DNA of 13,929 nt from Candidatus Moanibacter sp. GTDB lineage: Bacteria > Verrucomicrobiota > Verrucomicrobiia > Opitutales > UBA2987. Where the stretch lies: contig CBDCEW010000062.1 of the NCBI GenBank assembly GCA_965215885.1, positions 1-13,929 on the forward strand. The letters are read 5' to 3'. The translations under genes were made by a program, and so were the position numbers. The notes under the pieces are model-generated. The model was not told the origin of the DNA, made no database searches, and saw only the letters and a program-made list of their open reading frames with translations. This document shows positions 8,117 to 13,929 of the stretch, one piece after another (within the stretch, counting starts at the first letter, position 1; each line of letters opens with the position of its first letter).

Positions 8117-11100
8117 TATCATCGAATGGTTCGCCAGGAATGGCGTGGCAGCCAACCTCCTGATGTTCGGCATCCTGATTGTCGGTGGTTACATGGCGTT
8201 CAATAAAGTGGTCTTGCGGGAATGGCCCGACTATCCCCACCGCGATATTGACATCTCGGTGGCATACCGCGGTTCGACTCCCGCGGAAGTCGAAGAGTCG
8301 ATTGTCATGCGCATCGAGGAAGCGGTCTTCGACGTGGCGGGAATAAAGGAGATGTCAAGCCGCGCCAACGAAGGGTCCGGCTCCGTGTCGTTGGAAATCG
8401 AGGATGGGTTCGACATGGGAGAAGTGCTCGATCAGGTGAAGGATCGCGTAGACTCCATCAATACGTTTCCGGTCGATGCCGAACGCCCCCGCGTAAATAT
8501 TGCCAACTACAACGAGCGTCTCATGGCGGTGGTCATATCAGGCGGTCTGACCGAATTCGATCTCCGGCGGCTGGGCGAAAACATCCGCGATGATCTCCTC
8601 AGTCTGCCGAGCATCACGATGGTCGATTTGAAGGTCTCCCGAGCCTATGAGATCGGAGTTGAAGTCTCAGAAACGATTTTGAAACAGCACGGTCTGACCT
8701 TCGATCAGATTGTGCAGTCGGTTCGAAATTCCTCCATCAATTTATCCGCCGGAAGCGTTCGCACCGAAGGCGGCGACATCCTCTTGCGAACGTCGAACCA
8801 GGCCTACAATTACGAAGACTTTTCGAAGATCGTCGTCTTATCTCGCGAAGACGGCACCCGTTTGACTCTGGGTGACGTCGCCAAAGTCAACGACGGTTTC
8901 GAGGAGACCCCGCTCGTTTCCAATTTCAATGCCAAGCGCTCCGTTGTCCTGGATGTCTTTCGAGCGGGCGATCAGAACCTTATCGAATTGGCCGATGAGG
9001 TAAAAGGCTACCTCTCCAAAGCCCAGGCAAGGATGCCTCCAGGCGTTGAGCTCAACTTCTGGTCCGACGATTCCGGGCGCGTGAAACAGCGCTTGTCGAC
9101 ACTTGCCGGCAGCGCTGTCTTTGGGTATTTGCTCGTCCTCCTCGTATTATCGCTCTTCTTGCGACCGGTTTTGGCTTTCTGGGTGAGCCTCGGTATTCCG
9201 GTAGCGTTTTCGGGGGCGTTCATCATGTTTTATCTCTGGGACGTCTCTCTGAATATGAGTACCCTCTTCGCCTTCATTCTGGTCCTGGGAATCGTGGTCG
9301 ACGATGCGATCGTCACGGGGGAGAACGTGTTTCATCACATGCAGAGAGGCGAGGACCCTCTCGACGCCTCGATTCGGGGAACTCAAGAGGTCGCGGTCCC
9401 CGTGATCTTCGGAGTGCTTACGACCATGGTAGCATTTTATCCGTTGCAGGGAATGACCGGTTGGACGGGAAATAACCTCAGGCAGATTTCTTTCGTCGCG
9501 ATCCCGGTCCTGTTTTTCTCACTCGTGGAATCAAAATTGGTCCTTCCGGCACACTTGAAACATTGCAGGCAGCTAGGAAGGGGCGCAGCGCACCGTTCCC
9601 ATCTTCGTATCTTGTCACGCCTGCAACGAGCGATTGCCGATGCTCTGGAAAACGGCATCAACCGGTTCTATCGACCCCTCCTGGAAAGGGCCCTGGAACA
9701 CCGCTACCTTACTCTCTCTGTGTTTTGCGGGGTGCTGGCGATTATGTGGAGCCTGGTCCAGACCAACCGGATCGAATCCAGCTACTGGCCTCGCATTCCC
9801 AGAGATCAAGTGACAATTCGATTGAACATGCCCGCTGGAACTCCCTTCGAGGCCACGCACGCCCATGTGCAACGTATGGAACGCATCGCTCTGGAGTATA
9901 AGGATCGCGTCAACGAAAAGTATGGTAAGAACATCATTCGCAATGTCTTCGCCACCTCCGGCGGACAGCCCATGGGTCGCAGTTGGGGTCGCCGCGCCGT
10001 CGGGGTCCCCGAACTCGGAGAACTCGTCATTGAACTGGCTCCCCAGGAAGAACATGGCGAGGACTTTGGCAGTGCGAACGTGTCCAGAGAACTGCGGCGT
10101 GCCATCGGTGAAATTCCGGATGCCGAACGCCTCTCTATCGGGTTCTGGCGAGGAGACGGCAGAACCATTCGGCTTGTCTTGACCAGTCCGGATTTCGATG
10201 ACTTGAAGGAGGCTTCGCGGCGCTTGCAGGAGAGATTGGAGGAGTATCCAGGCATGAGTGAGATTTTGGACTCGTTCGAAAGCGCCAAATCCGAGTTCGA
10301 ACTATCGCTGAGACCGCGGGCGGAGTATCTCGGCATCACCGCGAGAGATCTTGCGCGGCAGGTCAGGCAGGCATTCTTCGGTGCCCAGGCGCAACGCATC
10401 CAGCGGGGACGCGACGATATACGAGTAATGGTCAGGTACCCGGAGCACCAGCGCAAATCCATGACGACCCTGCATTCCATGATGATTCGCGCCCCTGACG
10501 GTACCGAGGTTCCCTTCGATACCGTGGCCGAGATTAAGCCGGGGAAGAGCCTCCCATCCATTCGTCGCATCGACCGGAAGCGCGAAATCACCGTTTCCGC
10601 CAACGCAGACTCGGACGAGTTGGACGTCGATGCCGTTGTCGAGGAGCTGGAAGCGGAATTCCTTCCCCATCTTACCAGCCAGTACGTAGGGATGGATTAC
10701 AGGAAGTCCGGCAGGTCTCGCCGAGCCGAAGAGGACGCCAGAAACATCGCCTTCTACACTATTCTTGTCCTGATCGGACTCTACGTTCTGCTGGCCATTC
10801 CCTTCCGCAGCTATGTCGAGCCCTTGATTGTGATGGCGATCATCCCGTTTGGTCTGGTGGGAGCGATTCTGGGACATGCCATCATGGATTGGATTCTTGG
10901 CGTGATTTGGGATCAAAATGTCACCTTTAATATTCTGTCGCGCTTGGGCTTTCTCGCCCTCTGCGGCGTGGTCGTAAACGATAGCCTGATTTTGGTTCAC
11001 TTCATCAACACGCGTCTGCGCGCAGGTGATCCCATCGCTACGGCCGTTCGGATCGCCGGGGTACGGAGATTTCGCCCCATTTTGCTAACCTCGTTAACCA

Positions 11101-11336
11101 CCTTTGCCGGTCTCCTTCCCCTTATGTTCGAACAGAGCCGGCAGGCTCGAACCATGGTTCCGATGGCCATCTCATTAGCTTGGGGAGTCCTCTTCGCCAC
11201 CTTTATCACCTTGCTCCTGGTTCCCGTAAATACGATGATTCTGGACGACATAAAGCGCGCCCTGAAGGCCTATTGGCGTTGGCAGACCAACGCCACCCAT
11301 GGGGCCGAGGAGTTTGCGGATGTCGAACAACCCTGA
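8109..11336 (+). CDS. RND efflux transporter permease (AcrB/AcrD/AcrF family)
   Basis: 1075 aa with two large periplasmic loops. Motifs LGIVVDDAIV..EN (TM4) and RFRPILLTSLTT.AGLLPL (TM11). Confidence 0.97.
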   Translation: MNSIIEWFARNGVAANLLMFGILIVGGYMAFNKVVLREWPDYPHRDIDISVAYRGSTPAEVEESIVMRIEEAVFDVAGIKEMSSRANEGSGSVSLEIEDGFDMGEVLDQVKDRVDSINTFPVDAERPRVNIANYNERLMAVVISGGLTEFDLRRLGENIRDDLLSLPSITMVDLKVSRAYEIGVEVSETILKQHGLTFDQIVQSVRNSSINLSAGSVRTEGGDILLRTSNQAYNYEDFSKIVVLSREDGTRLTLGDVAKVNDGFEETPLVSNFNAKRSVVLDVFRAGDQNLIELADEVKGYLSKAQARMPPGVELNFWSDDSGRVKQRLSTLAGSAVFGYLLVLLVLSLFLRPVLAFWVSLGIPVAFSGAFIMFYLWDVSLNMSTLFAFILVLGIVVDDAIVTGENVFHHMQRGEDPLDASIRGTQEVAVPVIFGVLTTMVAFYPLQGMTGWTGNNLRQISFVAIPVLFFSLVESKLVLPAHLKHCRQLGRGAAHRSHLRILSRLQRAIADALENGINRFYRPLLERALEHRYLTLSVFCGVLAIMWSLVQTNRIESSYWPRIPRDQVTIRLNMPAGTPFEATHAHVQRMERIALEYKDRVNEKYGKNIIRNVFATSGGQPMGRSWGRRAVGVPELGELVIELAPQEEHGEDFGSANVSRELRRAIGEIPDAERLSIGFWRGDGRTIRLVLTSPDFDDLKEASRRLQERLEEYPGMSEILDSFESAKSEFELSLRPRAEYLGITARDLARQVRQAFFGAQAQRIQRGRDDIRVMVRYPEHQRKSMTTLHSMMIRAPDGTEVPFDTVAEIKPGKSLPSIRRIDRKREITVSANADSDELDVDAVVEELEAEFLPHLTSQYVGMDYRKSGRSRRAEEDARNIAFYTILVLIGLYVLLAIPFRSYVEPLIVMAIIPFGLVGAILGHAIMDWILGVIWDQNVTFNILSRLGFLALCGVVVNDSLILVHFINTRLRAGDPIATAVRIAGVRRFRPILLTSLTTFAGLLPLMFEQSRQARTMVPMAISLAWGVLFATFITLLLVPVNTMILDDIKRALKAYWRWQTNATHGAEEFADVEQP

Positions 11337-11365
11337 TCCACTCCCTCTTCGCATCCGCTTACTTC

Positions 11366-11438
11366 CCACGTTCTTGCGAACGCGGCTACGATGTTTCGAA
11401 ACTCGTTGATATATGTAGCCGCGTTCGCAAGAACGTGG
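11366..11438. repeat. GTAG-type REP doublet (REPIN-like) with perfect 24-bp inverted arms; may also act as a terminator for the RND operon
   Basis: 11366-11389 CCACGTTCTTGCGAACGCGGCTAC is the exact reverse complement of 11415-11438, with a 25-bp spacer. It begins 30 bp after the permease stop. Confidence 0.9.
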
Positions 11439-11509
11439 TCGCGAAGGCCGAAAAGGCGACTTTTTCACCGGAATCAGGATAAAATACCTGTCCCTAGCCC
11501 GGACATTTC

Positions 11510-11667
11510 ACACACTTCGCAGCGAGACAGCGTAGATCGCTGCGTATCAGGGCCTTTCCGCAGTTCGGCGGGCGACAGCAGGACCTTGTGTTGGAACCCT
11601 CTGAGGTCGCCGAGCAAGGGAAGGGGTTGAGACGCAGTGATATCCGCGGTCGTAGCAGAAGGTTTGT
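11510..11667 (+). ncRNA. Candidate structured RNA: long irregular rod-like hairpin
   Basis: Nested stems: CTTC/GAAG, ATCGCTGCGT (11536-45)/ACGCAGTGAT (11632-41), CCTTTCC/GGGAAGG and GTTCGGCG/CGCCGAGC. Several G-U pairs favour the + strand. Confidence 0.45.
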
Positions 11668-11746
11668 CGCAGCGAGAGCGTAATTGCGTTCGGCCTTTCC
11701 GCTAGAACCCTCTTATTACGCAGTGATATCCGCCCAGAAGGTTTGT
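11668..11746 (+). repeat. Shortened tandem copy of 11518-11667
   Basis: The same five blocks occur in the same order: CGCAGCGAGA, GGCCTTTCCGC, GAACCCTCT, ACGCAGTGATATCCGC, CAGAAGGTTTGT. Confidence 0.85.
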
Positions 11747-11796
11747 GAAGGAGTTATTACCCCCCGAAGGAGTCAGAAGGAAAAACCTACTTAAAA

Positions 11797-13875
11797 GTGG
11801 ACGGTTTCGAATCGACCGGTGACAATATTAGAATCGCAACGAGAAACAAAGAAGGACCGGCTCCCGGAAAAAATAAGCGACTTACACGGATAGTTCTGGC
11901 ATTCGTCTTTAGCGCTTTTCTGACGACGGTTGTCATTCATTGGTCGTTTGACAGCGGCAGGTTGTCGCAGGATGCAGGATTCGACGACGTTACCTACCTG
12001 ACAGACGGCCTGCAGAGGCTCCAGCTTCTATATGAGAAAGGGGTTGGAGCCTACCTCGCCGACTGGGTCATTCATCCGGCTCACAGCCCGCTCACTTCTC
12101 TGTTCGTTACCATCTCGATGGCAATCTTTGGGGTCTACGATTGGTCACCCTACATTTTGAACGGCCTGATTCTGGCTCTCTTATTAATTCATGTCCTACG
12201 AGAGGGGGAGCGTCTGCACCTCTCCTGGTCGGTCATGGCTTCTATATTCGTATTATCCTTTCCGTTTTCTTCATACCTCATTCACGAATTAAGACCGGAC
12301 CTGAGCTGCGCCGTATTCACGGGAATTGCGAGCTATTCCATTTTGATCGGGACCGACGATAGAGGAAAACGCCGGCGACTGTTTGCAGGCGGGTTACTGT
12401 TCACACTGGCTCTCTTGAGTAAACCTACGATTTTCCCTCACACTTTTTCACTGTTCGGTGCGTGTATAATCCTTCGCTTAGGCAGGAATTTCTTCGAATG
12501 CGATGATGCTGATTCCGCATTTCTCAAACGAATTAACGCTAAAGAGATTCTTCCGATCGTGAGCCCGGTTCTGTTGATCGGTGGACCTCTCCTCGCTTTC
12601 TGTATGAAGGAGGCTGTGGCCTATTTCTTTTACCACACTTTTGGAGCGCAGGGTGGGCTGTGGGAAATACAGGGTGGGTTGGTCGAGTCAGCGACGTTCT
12701 TTCTCACAAAGGCCTATAACATGCTTATGGGAGTTCACGGGATCGCGCTCTTCATAATCATAATAACTGCACTGCTTCTAACGGCTTACAGGCGCGATAA
12801 GGCGGAGGGTTGGAACCTGTTTAGCTTACTTTTTCTTTCTCTGTTATCCTTTTCAATATTCGCGGCAGGAAGAGTGGGGATGGATTTTTTTGGTGCATTC
12901 TACATCATCTTTCTGATCCTTACTTTTGTAAGATCCTTATACTATATTGCGGATTTTTCTTATTCGTTTCCCCGACTGAAGTGGGTCTTCGCATTCATAG
13001 CAATTGGCCTCCTGTTTCTCAACGTTTCAGTCCACCGACTCGACGCTTTATGGGAACACAATCCGAGGGAAAATAGGAACCTCGTCTTAAAGGGTAATAG
13101 CGTAAACGAGCAGATAATTTCAAGATTAGCTTCCGATCCCATAACGAGTCGATCTTCCAACCTCCGTGTCTTTGTGACTTTCGCGGGCCTGGTTAACGAG
13201 TGGACTCTCGACTGGTTGGCAATGAAGAGAGAACTGCCCGTCGAATTCTTCGATCACCAGCTCCTCAAAGACCATTCTTTATACAGGAAATCGATTGAGG
13301 AAAGCCCCCTGATTCTTTATGCCGGTGACAATACAGTCGGAATTTACGAGTGGTTACCCTCCTGGGAGATTCGTCAGGAAATAGGAGCGATTCTTCAGGA
13401 CCCAAGATACAGACTGATCGAGCAATTCCAGTCTCCCGGCCCCGGAAGTTTTAAGCTCTACATGAACCGGGAATTGATCGAACAGCGCCATGGATTATTT
13501 GGCCAATTTGACAAATGGACCGGGTTTCTCCCCTCCGAAGGTCCCTACCCCCAGTGGAACTTGGGAATTGTCAGATGGGGCCTCTGGCCGCAAAGCAATG
13601 TTGACGCTAATCTTGTGGGAGAGTGGGAAGTTGCCCTGGGCATCAGCCTTCGATCTCCAGTTGACCAGATGGTAATTATTTCCACCAATGGAGAACCCAT
13701 TAGAGAAATTGAGATTCCAGCTGGCGATTCATTTAGCTCCTTTGACATCCCGCTGGGTCGACGGAAAGGTCAGATAAATCTTGTCCTTGATTACAGTACA
13801 AAACCAGGGGAAGACATCGACGGATTCCTTCGCGCAGCGCTATTTCGACGTTTAGAGCTGATCAGAAACAGGTGA
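11797..13875 (+). CDS. Polytopic membrane protein, putative GT-C fold glycosyltransferase (PMT_2/ArnT-like) with a C-terminal soluble domain
   Basis: Acidic FDD..Y motif after TM1, HSPL loop, ELRPD and LALLSKP motifs, many TM segments and a soluble tail. The GTG start is uncertain. Confidence 0.75.
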   Translation: MDGFESTGDNIRIATRNKEGPAPGKNKRLTRIVLAFVFSAFLTTVVIHWSFDSGRLSQDAGFDDVTYLTDGLQRLQLLYEKGVGAYLADWVIHPAHSPLTSLFVTISMAIFGVYDWSPYILNGLILALLLIHVLREGERLHLSWSVMASIFVLSFPFSSYLIHELRPDLSCAVFTGIASYSILIGTDDRGKRRRLFAGGLLFTLALLSKPTIFPHTFSLFGACIILRLGRNFFECDDADSAFLKRINAKEILPIVSPVLLIGGPLLAFCMKEAVAYFFYHTFGAQGGLWEIQGGLVESATFFLTKAYNMLMGVHGIALFIIIITALLLTAYRRDKAEGWNLFSLLFLSLLSFSIFAAGRVGMDFFGAFYIIFLILTFVRSLYYIADFSYSFPRLKWVFAFIAIGLLFLNVSVHRLDALWEHNPRENRNLVLKGNSVNEQIISRLASDPITSRSSNLRVFVTFAGLVNEWTLDWLAMKRELPVEFFDHQLLKDHSLYRKSIEESPLILYAGDNTVGIYEWLPSWEIRQEIGAILQDPRYRLIEQFQSPGPGSFKLYMNRELIEQRHGLFGQFDKWTGFLPSEGPYPQWNLGIVRWGLWPQSNVDANLVGEWEVALGISLRSPVDQMVIISTNGEPIREIEIPAGDSFSSFDIPLGRRKGQINLVLDYSTKPGEDIDGFLRAALFRRLELIRNR

Positions 13876-13929
13876 TTGTTAATCCGGAATTCAGAATTAC
13901 TTAACAATTCTCTTGCATGCCATTCGATA

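Noticed and set aside
7155..11468. Many antisense and alternate-frame ORFs within the RND genes
   Set aside because: These are shadow ORFs expected in GC-rich coding DNA and have no recognisable motifs.
13875..13908. ATTGTTAA/TTAACAAT inverted repeat as a terminator
   Set aside because: The stem is weak and AT-rich with no U-tract. It could be an operator, but this cannot be supported at the window edge.

Overview
This 13.9 kb window is probably from an Opitutia-like Verrucomicrobiota genome (inferred from the first protein and the repeat types; not checked by search). It opens with the 3' end of a secreted-type protein gene carrying a +1 frameshift. A minus-strand island of about 4 kb follows (1303-5150) that looks like a decayed polymorphic-toxin cassette array. 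It contains an Rhs-type pre-toxin region fused to an unrecognised C-terminal domain, two divergent paralogous exported immunity-like proteins, a nonsense-interrupted carboxypeptidase-regulatory-like protein and several gene remnants, one apparently split by 17-bp palindromes. A Uma2 endonuclease follows, and direct copies of a ~108-bp structured repeat bracket the island plus Uma2. The right half holds an ATTCGTTGC mini-array, an RND efflux adaptor and permease operon, a perfect GTAG-type REP doublet, a ~158-nt G-U-rich rod-like hairpin followed by a shortened 79-nt copy of itself (candidate novel ncRNA), and a GT-C-type membrane glycosyltransferase. All translations, alignments and pairings were done by hand.
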